Assembly (NCBI GenBank): GCA_036676395.1
Contig: JAKFCY010000002.1
Coordinates: forward strand, 2,080,001-2,144,000
From: Bdellovibrio sp.
GTDB taxonomy: Bacteria; Bdellovibrionota; Bdellovibrionia; Bdellovibrionales; Bdellovibrionaceae
Reading direction: 5' to 3'
DNA: 64,000 nucleotides
Shown here: one piece after another, positions 1 to 10,369 of the stretch
How positions within the stretch are numbered: the stretch's first letter is position 1
Layout: each line of letters opens with the position of its first letter
The notes under the pieces: generated by a model
Seen by the model: only the letters and a program-made list of their open reading frames with translations
What the model was told of the DNA's origin: nothing
The model's database searches: none
Program-made: the position numbers and the translations under genes

Positions 1-217
1 GATCACCGTTACAAATTAATGAACGATCCGAGGCCGTGCCGCCCGCTTCATTAATTTCTTGATACACTTTTTGACATTGCTTTGAGGTTTTAGTTTCTTC
101 ACAACTAAGCTTTACCAGATCTGTCAGAGATTCAGATCTAAGATCACATCTTTCTGCAGCGAATGCAGAAAAGACAAAAGATATAGAAAGAAAAAATGTT
201 TAAAACCATGTCGTCAT
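1..217 (-). pseudogene. 5' end of a secreted Cys-containing protein interrupted near its start (runs off the window edge)
   Basis: Minus frame from ATG 217 reads MTTWF*TFFLSISFVFSAFAAERCDLRSESLTDLVKLSCEETK..., a signal-peptide-like N-terminus with an in-frame TAA at 200-202. A sigma28-like promoter sits directly upstream. Could be a sequence error. Confidence 0.45.
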
Positions 218-226
218 ACGAATAAA

Positions 227-253
227 TTATCGGTTTTTTAACAGGGCTACTAA
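227..253 (-). promoter_or_regulatory. sigma28/FliA-type promoter
   Basis: TTAG-N15-ACCGATAA, 9 nt before ATG 217. Confidence 0.6.
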
Positions 254-385
254 ACTTGACTAGACCTTCGCAGATGAAAGGTTATTACTGGTGAAACTGT
301 TACTGTAGGTTCTGGCATTTCTGCTAACCTAATCGGTCAACACTGCCGTTTTTTATCTAAATAGTTTTATTTAAATAAATGCTCT

Positions 386-422
386 ATAGAATCGCCGACT
401 TTACCGTCGGCGATTCTATTTT
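386..422 (+). terminator. intrinsic terminator-like hairpin
   Basis: ATAGAATCGCCGAC-tttacc-GTCGGCGATTCTAT followed by a T run. Confidence 0.65.
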
Positions 423-504
423 AATTACCGCTGGGAATGGCTTGCCGCTTGCGTCGCACCTGATTAGGCGATTGAAAATTTAAGCAGCTTTGTTAAGATT
501 TGCC

Positions 505-2193
505 ATGGCTAGTGTCGATTTCCAGTTATTATTTGAAAATGCTCCGGGTCTTTATTTGATTCTTAATCCTCAATTCATCATTGAGGGTGTCAGTAATAAC
601 TACACTAAAGCCACATTGACTACCCGCGATTACCTTATCGGAAAACACATTTTTGAAGCTTTTCCAGATAACCCTGATGATCCGACAGCCTCGGGCACAG
701 CAAATCTGGGAGCTTCGTTAAAACGCGCTCTTGATTTAAAAAAACCCGATGCGATGGCCGTGCAAAAATATGATATTCGCCTAGCTAGCGGCGATTTCGA
801 AGCCCGTTACTGGAGCCCGATTAATACTCCGGTACTCAACGCAAATGGTGACGTGATTTATATTATTCACCAAGTTGAAGATGTCACCGAGTTTATGAAA
901 CTTAAAACTGATCGTATTGAATTATTATCACGTGCTGATCAAATGGAAGCTGAAGTTGTTCGTCGGGCGCAAGAAATTCAGGAATCTAATAAACAACTGC
1001 GCCAACTGAATGAAGAACTTTCAGTGGCAAAAGAACAAGCTCTAAGTACATCACGTTTAAAATCTGATTTCTTGGCCAATATGTCTCACGAAATCAGAAC
1101 GCCGATGAATGGTGTGCTTGGTATGTCTGGGCTATTATTAGATACGCCATTAAATCCAGAGCAATTAGACTACACCCTATCGGTGCGAAAATCGGCTGAA
1201 AGTTTACTGGCTATTATTAATGATATTTTGGATTTTTCAAAAATCGAAGCCGGTAAACTGACTTTTGAAAATGTGGATTTTAATCTTAGTCATTGTTTAC
1301 ATGAAGTTAAAGATTCTTTTGCAATGAGTTTAACTGAAAAAAAACTTACGCTAACCATTAATAACGACCCACAGCTTCCTGCAGTTTTAAATGGTGACTC
1401 TGGCCGCTTTCAGCAAATTTTACGTAACTTAGTTTCTAATGCGATCAAGTTTACGCCGCAGGGCTCAGTTACTGTGACCACAAAAAAACGCGACATTACA
1501 GATTCTGCAATTGAGCTTTATGTTGAAGTTAAAGATTCAGGTATTGGTATTGATTCGAAACTGCATACAACTTTATTTGAAAAATTCTCGCAAACCGATT
1601 CTTCGAACACGCGTAAATACGGCGGCACAGGTCTGGGCTTATCAATTTGTAAAAGTTTAGTTCACATGATGGGCGGAATTATCGGCTTAAGCAGTGAACC
1701 TGGTAAAGGTTCAACATTTTGGTTTACCGCAAAGCTTCAGCCTGCAAAATCTCAAAGTGTTCCATTACAAAATCAGATGATTCCCCAGTTTACTCACGAA
1801 AAAATTAATGGACGCATCCTTGTCGCTGAAGACAATGCGATCAATCAAAAAATTGCTTTAAAAATCGTAGAAAAAATGGGTTGTCGTGCCGATGCCGTCG
1901 GTAACGGTAGCGAAGCGATCGATGCCGTAGCAAATATTCCATATGATTTAATTTTGATGGATTGTCAGATGCCTGAAATGGATGGCTTTGAAGCCACGGC
2001 TAAAATTCGCGAAATCGAAAAGGCTTCGGGTAAAAAAAGAATTCCGATTGTGGCACTGACAGCCTCGGCGATGGGTGCTGATCAGCAAAAATGCATTGAT
2101 GTCGGCATGGATGATTATTTAACTAAACCTGTCGATTTTCAAAAAGTATGGTTAGTTTTAGAAAAATGGCTTAAACAAAATCCTACGCCTTAG
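505..2193 (+). CDS. soluble PAS-HisKA-HATPase-REC hybrid histidine kinase
   Basis: H-box [16 protein letters not shown]-box [11 protein letters not shown]-boxes DSGIG and GGTGLGL, receiver [14 protein letters not shown]-terminal PAS; no TM. ATG 505 preferred over TTG 490. Confidence 0.93.
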   Translation: MASVDFQLLFENAPGLYLILNPQFIIEGVSNNYTKATLTTRDYLIGKHIFEAFPDNPDDPTASGTANLGASLKRALDLKKPDAMAVQKYDIRLASGDFEARYWSPINTPVLNANGDVIYIIHQVEDVTEFMKLKTDRIELLSRADQMEAEVVRRAQEIQESNKQLRQLNEELSVAKEQALSTSRLKSDFLANMSHEIRTPMNGVLGMSGLLLDTPLNPEQLDYTLSVRKSAESLLAIINDILDFSKIEAGKLTFENVDFNLSHCLHEVKDSFAMSLTEKKLTLTINNDPQLPAVLNGDSGRFQQILRNLVSNAIKFTPQGSVTVTTKKRDITDSAIELYVEVKDSGIGIDSKLHTTLFEKFSQTDSSNTRKYGGTGLGLSICKSLVHMMGGIIGLSSEPGKGSTFWFTAKLQPAKSQSVPLQNQMIPQFTHEKINGRILVAEDNAINQKIALKIVEKMGCRADAVGNGSEAIDAVANIPYDLILMDCQMPEMDGFEATAKIREIEKASGKKRIPIVALTASAMGADQQKCIDVGMDDYLTKPVDFQKVWLVLEKWLKQNPTP

Positions 2194-2323
2194 GTCCTAA
2201 CGTGACGCAATTTATCGTTACACGAAAATTTTATCTCGCCTTTATCCCCTTCTGGTAAAAACTGGATCAACTCTTGCACGAAAAACATCCGAAAATCTTT
2301 ACATAACTTTCGAAAGGATTTTC

Positions 2324-3055
2324 ATGTCGGCAAGAAATTTGTCTTTAGCCCTATTTTTATCATTATGTCCAATCACTTTATTGGCACAAACTACTAGCGC
2401 ATCTGAAGAAACAACACACGAGGTTGTCTTACCAAAATCCGTACAGGATCGTTTAGATTTTAAAAAGAATGTACCTAATACTTTAACTGAAGAAATTACA
2501 GCTGAAGATATTGTCCAATCTGGTACAAACTATGACTATGTTGACCCTAGTCGAGTGATTCCAAAAAAACTGCGTGATGCGGCACTTGCCTATTTTGATG
2601 TGAATAAGAAAAATTTTGCGAATCAAAAATATCTATCGATTGTCGATTTTTCGGTGCACTCATCTAAATCACGTTTTTACTTAGTTGATATGACAACCGG
2701 AAAAGTTTCAGCATTACACACTTCGCATGGTAAAGGTTCTGACTCAAACAATGATGGCTACGCCGAACGTTTTAGTAATGTGTCAGGCAGCGAGATGTCT
2801 TCACTGGGCTACTTTCGCGTAGCCGAGACTTATCATGGCAAACACGGTCTTTCTATTCGCCTAGACGGCTTATCTTCAACAAATTCAAAAGCCCGCGCCA
2901 GAGCTGTTGTTGTTCACAGTGCAAGTTATGTCAGCGAAGAAAAGAAAAAAGCCGGCCGCAGTTGGGGCTGTTTTGTTCTAGATCCAAAATATCACTCTTC
3001 AGTGGTTGCTAAGATTAAAAACGGAAGCCTACTTTACGCTAATCTTTCTAAATAA
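2324..3055 (+). CDS. secreted murein L,D-transpeptidase (YkuD_2-type)
   Basis: Signal peptide; HGKGSD, SSLG, HSASYV...GRSWGC catalytic His/Cys motif. Confidence 0.88.
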   Translation: MSARNLSLALFLSLCPITLLAQTTSASEETTHEVVLPKSVQDRLDFKKNVPNTLTEEITAEDIVQSGTNYDYVDPSRVIPKKLRDAALAYFDVNKKNFANQKYLSIVDFSVHSSKSRFYLVDMTTGKVSALHTSHGKGSDSNNDGYAERFSNVSGSEMSSLGYFRVAETYHGKHGLSIRLDGLSSTNSKARARAVVVHSASYVSEEKKKAGRSWGCFVLDPKYHSSVVAKIKNGSLLYANLSK

Positions 3056-3079
3056 TAACTATAGCGCTTAATTTAAGCA

Positions 3080-3119
3080 AAAACGTCTTTTAATCTTTAA
3101 AAGGCGTTTTAGTTTTTTT
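3080..3119 (+). terminator. intrinsic terminator
   Basis: AAAACGTCTTTTAA-tct-TTAAAAGGCGTTTT followed by a T tract after the L,D-transpeptidase stop. Confidence 0.6.
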
Positions 3120-3307
3120 CATTTTTAAATAAAAAAATTAATTACAATTTATTTTACAAAATTAACGCACTATTTTTTCCGCAAAATAGATAAAAGTGCC
3201 ATTAAATTTGAGTGTATTTTCGTCACGCAATTCTTAAAAAATTATTAGATTGAATCAAAAAAAAATTCGATCAAGCATAGCAGCTCTTTAAAAAAAGGAA
3301 CTCTGCT

Positions 3308-4585
3308 TTGAACCTCCCTGAACTTAATTTGTCTCATTCTCCTGTAGTCAGCTATCTGATGAATTCTGTGAAAATTGCAGAAGTCACAGAATCTACTGAT
3401 TTTACAAAAGTCGTGTTAAGCGTTGAAAGCTTAATAGTTAAAGAGATGACGGTAAGACATTTAATGAGTCAAATTCAGGACAAGTACGAAAAACTTTACA
3501 ATAAACCTGCGCTGATCGAATTTATTATTGAAAGTCGCCAGCAATCATTATTGGATTATTCAACAGAGTCAGAAACAGCTCCCATTGCATCTTCTATTCA
3601 GGTAGCCGTGGCAGCACCAACGTTTCAATTTAAAAATAAGTATGAGCTTTCAAGACAATATAGTTTTGACACCTTGATTCCGACTTTAGAAAATACTTTT
3701 TCGGTTCAATCACTACAGGCGATTGTTACTGATAAATCAATCACCATGCCTTTTGCTCTTATTAAAGGCCCATCAGGCGCTGGCAAAAGCCATATGTTAC
3801 ATGCCGCTGGCTGGTTAGCTCTTTCGCAATACCCTAACCTACGCGTTAAAGTGATCAGTGGTGATGAGTTTATTAATGATTTTCAAACGGCGATTTTTAC
3901 AAAAACAACCGGTGCTTTTCGTGATAAGTACCGTTTAAAAACAGACTTATTATTAATTGATGATATTCAGGCTATTGCCAGAGCTAAAGCCACACAATTA
4001 GAGCTATTCAATTTAATGAATGATTATAGCCTGGCCGGTAAGAAAATATTTTTCACCTCAGATAGTGACTTAATGGCGATTGATACTATTGAAGAACGCC
4101 TGAAATCACGCTTTCAATCGGGCTTACAGCTTCACCTTGAAGCCCCTTGTTATGATTCAAAAATGAAATACTTTCGGGCGCAGCTTGATAATCATCAATT
4201 AAGCTTAAATGCAGATTTACAGACAAACACCAGCCAACACTTTGGCAGCTGTTACCGTAGCGTTGAAGGCATTGTTAATCGCTTAATTATGCTTAAAAAA
4301 ATCAATGGCTATCTAGATGTGCAAGCTGTTGAAAAAATGTTTCCCGTGCAATCGAAAGAAAAAATTAAAAACCTTTCAGCTGATTCAATCATTGAAGAAA
4401 CTGCACTTAAGCACAAATTAAAAGTCTCAGATCTAAAAGGTAAATCCAGAACAAAATTGATTTTTGCTGCCCGCAAAGAAGCTATTATGCGTTTACGTGA
4501 TGAATTAAAATTAACGGTTGCTGATATTTCCAGAATTTTTCAAAAAGATCACACGTCTATATTGAATGCTTTAAAAGCTAATTAG
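3308..4585 (+). CDS. DnaA-like AAA+ protein (divergent paralogue with domain III and a domain IV-like HTH)
   Basis: Walker A GPSGAGKSH, Walker B LLLIDDIQ, RLKSRFQSGL, C-terminal KDHTSILNA resembling DnaA RDHTTVLHA; TTG start with AAAGGA RBS. Confidence 0.85.
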   Translation: MNLPELNLSHSPVVSYLMNSVKIAEVTESTDFTKVVLSVESLIVKEMTVRHLMSQIQDKYEKLYNKPALIEFIIESRQQSLLDYSTESETAPIASSIQVAVAAPTFQFKNKYELSRQYSFDTLIPTLENTFSVQSLQAIVTDKSITMPFALIKGPSGAGKSHMLHAAGWLALSQYPNLRVKVISGDEFINDFQTAIFTKTTGAFRDKYRLKTDLLLIDDIQAIARAKATQLELFNLMNDYSLAGKKIFFTSDSDLMAIDTIEERLKSRFQSGLQLHLEAPCYDSKMKYFRAQLDNHQLSLNADLQTNTSQHFGSCYRSVEGIVNRLIMLKKINGYLDVQAVEKMFPVQSKEKIKNLSADSIIEETALKHKLKVSDLKGKSRTKLIFAARKEAIMRLRDELKLTVADISRIFQKDHTSILNALKAN

Positions 4586-4586
4586 C

Positions 4587-7500
4587 CTACGGATCTAAAA
4601 TCCTAGCCACTCCGCCTAAGCCATTTTGTAAGATCGGAAAAATAATCGAATTCTGCGCAGGATCCCAAGTCATCGAATAACCATCACAACTGATCGTTTC
4701 ACTTGGCCAAAATAAAGCCGTTTCGTTCGATGTGTTCAGATTATATTTATACACCTTACCCCCAGAGCAGTAATACACATGCGGAATACCGGTTTTCACG
4801 ACGTAGTAAAAAGACTGAGCCCCGCGCGGTAAACTGACAAGGTTGCCGATTTCTCCGCCTTCAACCGCGGTGTGAATAATTGAACTGCCGATATGATGAA
4901 TCAACCAATAGTTATTCACAGAATCCCACTGCGCTTTTGAAAAAGAATTAAAATTTGTCGGAGCTTTACAAGTCGCCAGCGTGCTACTGACCGCACAGCT
5001 ATCAAGTGAACCGACATTCACGCCAAGCAGCCCGGCAAAGTGAGTCTGGGTACCACCTGATGTGCTATAAAGTTTAATCATTGAATTGACTTGGGTTGTT
5101 CCGTTCCATTGATGAAATGAGCGCATGATTTGTGAGCCATTATAACCCATTGGCCCTTGAGCATAACCCGAGATTGAAATTTGATTTCCAAGCAATGTAT
5201 CACCTGCTGTGTAATCAGTTCCACCACCGCCGGCGATATCAGACCATAAACCTGTGGCACGCGTTAAGCGTGAAAGATATGAACCATTACGAGTATAAAA
5301 AATATCACCAGTGGGCGCATCGACTGAAAATGGATATGTGGCCCCCCAGTATTTAACCGTGATCGGTTGACTGACTGCAGGGCTTACGGTGTTGGGTGCG
5401 CTATCAGATCCGTTACCGGCAACTAAAGACATGGTTCCGCCGGCGATAAATTCGCGAATTCTAAATTCATTATTATCAGCTACGATAATTCGTCCATCAG
5501 CGGCACGGTCAATCCATAGCACCCGCGATAAGCGAGCCGACGTGGCTTTTGAACCATCTCCGAAAGCTAATGACTGGCCAAATAAAGTTTGTACTTTATT
5601 TGCCGCATCGATCACACGAATGCGGTTTCTATCCATGAAATAAACTTGCCCGACCGGACTTACATAAATATCAGTTAAATCTGTATTACACGAAAGCGCA
5701 TCTGCGCCATCAAGACATTGCCCTTTGGTGCCCGTACCTAATATGCGAACCCACGCGTTCGTCAGCGGATTATAACGGTGAATTCCTTGCTTATCAAAGT
5801 GATCGACATTGTACATCACACCACTCATCGCAGTAAAAGTATTATCATCAGCCCAATAAGTGACATACGGAATATGCGGAGCTTCAACACCGCCGTGAGT
5901 TGGATTATAACTTACGCTGCGCGGAGTGTGGCCACCAGTGGTTGGAATAATCGAGCGTGAACGAATTTTTGTTACTGTTGAGGTATCCGGATCAAAAGTG
6001 ATTCCGAAATTGTAAATTGAGTACGTACTTGGATCAAAACCAGCATCTTCAAGAGAACCTGTACCTGACGGAGTGATAATATAAACTTTTTGATCAGCGG
6101 CATTGTAATAACGAACTTTGGCCCCGGCATTACGTGAGCGCATAAAGTCATCACTAATTTGAAACCAGATATTCCCATTCGGAAGAATCGTAAATAACAC
6201 ATATTCAAAACTGCTACCTATTGGATTAATTTGAAAATCACTGGCTAAAGTTGCATTGGCGTTGCTATTACCCCCGCCAATTAAAGTCGTGATTTGTCCT
6301 GTTGTAAAATTAATTTTTCGAATTAGATCGTAGTCATAAATGATTAAATTTTCTGAAGCATCGAGTGACATCTTGATTGGATTTTTTAAGCTCGCGGTAG
6401 CAATATTGCCGTTTACCGCAGTGCCATTGATTGGCATATATAATTTTAATAAGCCATCATAAGGATTAATTTGCAATAATCCCCGTTCATCTAAAACATA
6501 AACATTACCATCACTGCGCACGACGAAGCGGCCTTGTCCGGTATTATTAGTGCCCGCGGCATTACGCGTTTTAAAAATGGCCGAGGCCGCACTGCCGTTT
6601 AAACCTAAATCGGTATTACCGGCAATAATAGAAAATGGTGTGGTGTTGTTTGGCGGAGCCGAGGCATAACTAATTAAACCCGTTGTATCTGCAACGCCCA
6701 CCCGAATTTTAAAATAAGTTGAAAATGGTGACCCGTTTGTCCACCGGTAACAGCCAGTGGCATTGCCATCAATAGTACACCCTGCTCCGGCCACGTTCGG
6801 AATACCGCTGACAACAGAATTAAAAATTTCTTCATCGGCGGTAAAAGAAATCGTGATCGCATCAGCAGGAAGAGCAATATCGTCAGTGGCGGCCCATTTA
6901 ATAAAAACAGATTGCCCTGCCGGAATAAATAAATCCGCTTCTGAAATTGGGCTTCCCGGAGTATCAGAATTTAACGCCAGTACATTGGTGATTTCAGGGG
7001 CTTGCGGCGGCGTATATGTGGTGTCAAATTTATCGATACCGATGGTGCCCGAAGCCGTATTAGAAAGTGAAGAAATCGCGCCCGCTTCACTTTTGGCCCA
7101 CGCATAGATTGAATAGGTTGCTTGCACATAACCGATACTAAAATTAAATCCAGAAAAAGTAATGGCTGTTGCTGGCAATATCGGTGGGTTAATCCCATCA
7201 AGAGTTTTCCAGCAAGCATCGTTTTTAGGTGGATCAGCAGGTGCCGGAGTTCCGATTTGTGATTTTAAACAAAACTGATTAATTTTTAAATTCGTGTGAT
7301 TTGCCGTCAGTGCAATTTGCACCACATTAGAATCTGTTGCGGTGGCTCCGCCGTCGGCAGCAAGAGTTTGCACGACAGGTTTAATCGTATTTACACGTAA
7401 GGTAATACTGGCCGTGGGTAAATTTTCGTTTTGCCAGGCACCGACAAAGTTTTTTCCGATCACACAGACGGTAAAAAAATCATCGACGGTATTTACCGGC

Positions 7501-7802
7501 GGAGTAAAATAAAAACTTGTTGCAATTGATTCTTCAGTGGCCGCAAGTAAATTTGCCGCAACCCCTGGACTATTACAGGTGCCTGAAGTGATCAGCACGG
7601 CTTTATATGCAAGAATTCCGGGCCCGCCGACGGTGATATAGCGCTGACTGGTATCATTACTTGGTGTTGCACCGATTCCGACTGAGCTAACTGAGGCAAA
7701 GACTGGATAAATTGATCTTTTCCAAAAGGCCATATTCGGAAAAAACGCATTTCCGAAAAAACCGTAAAATATAAAAAGAATAATTAAACTTATCTTCATC
7801 AT
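4587..7802 (-). CDS. large secreted protein with Ig-like N-terminal region and NHL/beta-propeller-like repeats (putative adhesin)
   Basis: Signal peptide then FFPNMAFWKR; repeats such as AGNTDLGLNGSAASA, GDGSKATSARL and AGNGSDSAP; start overlaps the stop of the upstream fibre gene (ATGA). Confidence 0.7.
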   Translation of the reverse strand: MMKISLIILFIFYGFFGNAFFPNMAFWKRSIYPVFASVSSVGIGATPSNDTSQRYITVGGPGILAYKAVLITSGTCNSPGVAANLLAATEESIATSFYFTPPVNTVDDFFTVCVIGKNFVGAWQNENLPTASITLRVNTIKPVVQTLAADGGATATDSNVVQIALTANHTNLKINQFCLKSQIGTPAPADPPKNDACWKTLDGINPPILPATAITFSGFNFSIGYVQATYSIYAWAKSEAGAISSLSNTASGTIGIDKFDTTYTPPQAPEITNVLALNSDTPGSPISEADLFIPAGQSVFIKWAATDDIALPADAITISFTADEEIFNSVVSGIPNVAGAGCTIDGNATGCYRWTNGSPFSTYFKIRVGVADTTGLISYASAPPNNTTPFSIIAGNTDLGLNGSAASAIFKTRNAAGTNNTGQGRFVVRSDGNVYVLDERGLLQINPYDGLLKLYMPINGTAVNGNIATASLKNPIKMSLDASENLIIYDYDLIRKINFTTGQITTLIGGGNSNANATLASDFQINPIGSSFEYVLFTILPNGNIWFQISDDFMRSRNAGAKVRYYNAADQKVYIITPSGTGSLEDAGFDPSTYSIYNFGITFDPDTSTVTKIRSRSIIPTTGGHTPRSVSYNPTHGGVEAPHIPYVTYWADDNTFTAMSGVMYNVDHFDKQGIHRYNPLTNAWVRILGTGTKGQCLDGADALSCNTDLTDIYVSPVGQVYFMDRNRIRVIDAANKVQTLFGQSLAFGDGSKATSARLSRVLWIDRAADGRIIVADNNEFRIREFIAGGTMSLVAGNGSDSAPNTVSPAVSQPITVKYWGATYPFSVDAPTGDIFYTRNGSYLSRLTRATGLWSDIAGGGGTDYTAGDTLLGNQISISGYAQGPMGYNGSQIMRSFHQWNGTTQVNSMIKLYSTSGGTQTHFAGLLGVNVGSLDSCAVSSTLATCKAPTNFNSFSKAQWDSVNNYWLIHHIGSSIIHTAVEGGEIGNLVSLPRGAQSFYYVVKTGIPHVYYCSGGKVYKYNLNTSNETALFWPSETISCDGYSMTWDPAQNSIIFPILQNGLGGVARILDP

Positions 7803-10213
7803 TGAAAATCTACGACTTGTGCCACGAATACAAAATTGTTTGCGCGCAAGAAAGAATACACCATCGGGTTACCCGTTGATGAAAACTTTTGTCCTGCCGG
7901 ATATTTAAAAGCTGTAACTGCGGTTCCGCCAGAACCACCAATCGCATGCGAGATACCTGTAAAATCAACCAGACAACCATTCGGTGCAACGATAACAATC
8001 GAATAACTGCTGCCTTCATGTATCGAAAATAAATTAACTGTTAACACATTACCCGGACACGTACTAAACGTAACGTATTGAGTATTACCAGAAGCAAAAT
8101 CAACAGCTTCGCTGACTGGATTTACTAACGGAGTTCCCATTGAAGTTTTGACCTGACCTTGAACATCTAATTTTGCCGCAGGAGCAGTTGTTCCGATACC
8201 GACGTTGCCGGCATCCATGTAGATAGAACTGGTTGTCCCGGCATCATTGTGCTGAATGGCAAACTTATCATTTTGAAAAGAAATTCGTCCCCAATTGCTG
8301 GAATCTTTTCCGACAAAAACAGAACCACCGCCAGCTGCATCACCAACGACAATACCACTGCCAGCAGTTAGATCTCCGAGATCATCACCAACAACTAATT
8401 TTTCAGAGGGGCTAATAGTGCCCACACCCATATTACCATTCGCAAGAATAGTTGTTTTAACAGACCCATTTGTGGCAATTTGCACAGGTGCTGCTGACTG
8501 TGATCCAAAAACTGTGGCAAAAGTTAAACTGTTCGTAAACAGCGTGCCGGCAATACCTTCAGTTCCGAAAAAACTATTAAAAATCCCGTTGAGATTCGTC
8601 ATTAAATAGCTCGGGCTAACGCCATCACTCGATGTGACCTTGATCGTAGCCGAAGTATTTTTTACTTCAAGCTGCGCAGTTGGCGTGTTTGTTCCGATAC
8701 CGACACGACCTGTATTATTAATATAAAAATCATAATTTGTTGTCGGCGCAGTTTCACCTGTCGCGAAACCGATGCCACCATAAGCGGTCATGGTTAATCC
8801 ACCCGTACTAATGGCATCTTCTCTGATTAGATTCATGACATTCACACCACCACCAGAGTATCCAGAAATTCCCTGACCGCTCAGTTGGTTTGAAAATCTT
8901 AATGAACCACTAAAAATATCTAAAGCAGCTTGTGGTGCGGCAGTTCCAAGACCGACAAAACCATTTGTATAATTAATGGTTGTACCACTCGTGCTCCACT
9001 GCGTACTGGCTGAGGCGCTGGCTGGTGTATAACCTAAAGCCGTGGTTACATCACCTGATGAAATTTGACTTCCGTTAGTTACAAAACCTTTTCCATCCAC
9101 TGTAACTTTAGTGTATTGCGTTCCTGATGTTACCCCACTGCGATTTGCAAAGCGGGCTTCGGCAATGATTCCGGTTGCACTGGCTGAGCCTAAATCAATG
9201 CTATTGGCTACAGCGAAAGTTCCGAGCCCTAAATTAGTTCTAGCGGTTACAACATTTGTTAGATCAGATAAGTTATTCGCTTTGACGGCGAAAGTTCCAG
9301 AGACTGCGCTATCTAACGGAGTATAACCTAATGCTGGTTGTTTATTATTAAATGTTACGAAATCAGCTGCAGATAAATAACCATTCGACGAAGATGTCGC
9401 TTGAGTGATGGAAATTGTTGGCGTTGTTCCACCCGTCGAGGCTAACGGTGCTGTTGCACTTACGCTACTGACTTGAGCTTTAAATTCGGCATAATCTGAT
9501 GAAGTTAAATAACCATCACTCGACATTGAAACTGCGCTCATAGAAATAACTGGTGCTGAAGCAGTTCCGCCAATAGCTAAAACTGTACCGCTGACAGAAA
9601 TTCCTGATACCGGAATACAACTAAAACTTACACCATTAAATTTAATGGCTTCATTACTTTGACAGTTCAAACCTGTAAGAGCTGTATACTCAACAAAATC
9701 TGTATCAGCTTTACCATTTAATGTTTTTGCTGTATTCGCTGTACTAGCATACATCGAATACGGAACAGAATTGATCGTCATCGCCGGCAGCGTTTGCCAA
9801 CCGACACCTTCGTTAAATTGCATCACCACACGGCGCGTATCATTAGGGCCTGGATTATAAATTCCTAAATTTTGACAGGGAAAAGAAGCGACAGAGTTGT
9901 CAAAAATATTTTGAAATGTTTGTGAAGTTCCACTGGTTGGAAAAGCACGCGATCCATTACCTAATGCAAACGACACTAAACCGCCGGTATCTTGCATGTT
10001 AACCGCCACATAGTCTTCGATATAAAGAATGCAACTGCCGACGGTATCTAAAACGGTGAATCTGAAATTTACGCTGGCTGATTCCAGGGGGTAACCATCA
10101 GGTTTTGAAATTTTCGCCTGATAAGTCGTGCGCCCGTTCATTGCAAAAATAGGAAGAGCAAACAAATAAATGCTTAATAGAATTAAGAATTTTGCAGCGT
10201 TCACGTTCCACAT
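7799..10213 (-). CDS. secreted phage-tail-fibre-like adhesin (MAT-like), 804 aa
   Basis: Conserved N-terminus TTYQAKISKPDGYPLE...WQTLPAMTINSVPY; ALGYTP and GNVGIGTxxP repeats; C-terminal domain starting VDFASGNTQ. Confidence 0.85.
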   Translation of the reverse strand: MWNVNAAKFLILLSIYLFALPIFAMNGRTTYQAKISKPDGYPLESASVNFRFTVLDTVGSCILYIEDYVAVNMQDTGGLVSFALGNGSRAFPTSGTSQTFQNIFDNSVASFPCQNLGIYNPGPNDTRRVVMQFNEGVGWQTLPAMTINSVPYSMYASTANTAKTLNGKADTDFVEYTALTGLNCQSNEAIKFNGVSFSCIPVSGISVSGTVLAIGGTASAPVISMSAVSMSSDGYLTSSDYAEFKAQVSSVSATAPLASTGGTTPTISITQATSSSNGYLSAADFVTFNNKQPALGYTPLDSAVSGTFAVKANNLSDLTNVVTARTNLGLGTFAVANSIDLGSASATGIIAEARFANRSGVTSGTQYTKVTVDGKGFVTNGSQISSGDVTTALGYTPASASASTQWSTSGTTINYTNGFVGLGTAAPQAALDIFSGSLRFSNQLSGQGISGYSGGGVNVMNLIREDAISTGGLTMTAYGGIGFATGETAPTTNYDFYINNTGRVGIGTNTPTAQLEVKNTSATIKVTSSDGVSPSYLMTNLNGIFNSFFGTEGIAGTLFTNSLTFATVFGSQSAAPVQIATNGSVKTTILANGNMGVGTISPSEKLVVGDDLGDLTAGSGIVVGDAAGGGSVFVGKDSSNWGRISFQNDKFAIQHNDAGTTSSIYMDAGNVGIGTTAPAAKLDVQGQVKTSMGTPLVNPVSEAVDFASGNTQYVTFSTCPGNVLTVNLFSIHEGSSYSIVIVAPNGCLVDFTGISHAIGGSGGTAVTAFKYPAGQKFSSTGNPMVYSFLRANNFVFVAQVVDFQ

Positions 10214-10220
10214 GACTACT

Positions 10221-10247
10221 ATATCGACGTTTACTGCAGTTAACTTA
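10221..10247 (-). promoter_or_regulatory. sigma28/FliA-type promoter, probably leaderless
   Basis: TAAG-N15-GTCGATAT-N7-ATG(10213); no Shine-Dalgarno. Confidence 0.7.
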
Positions 10248-10256
10248 ACTCGCTTT

Positions 10257-10271
10257 GATTCAGAATGAGAC
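10257..10271. promoter_or_regulatory. palindromic operator-like site RTCTCA-N3-TGAGAY
   Basis: GATTCA-gaa-TGAGAC, 9 nt upstream of the -35. Confidence 0.4.
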
Positions 10272-10369
10272 AGTCTAAGTAATATTTTATTTACGCGATT
10301 AAGGGCTAGCTGAAATCTAATTAAACTAACCCCACTTTAAATCGCTATTACCTCAATTTAAAAGCGGCC

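Noticed and set aside
255..385. c-di-GMP or other known riboswitch
   Set aside because: The conserved GGCAAAC/GAAA/GCAAAGC elements are absent; kept only as an unclassified candidate RNA.
3056..3307. oriC next to the dnaA-like gene
   Set aside because: AT-rich but no TTATCCACA-type boxes seen and no dnaN/gyrB/rpmH context.
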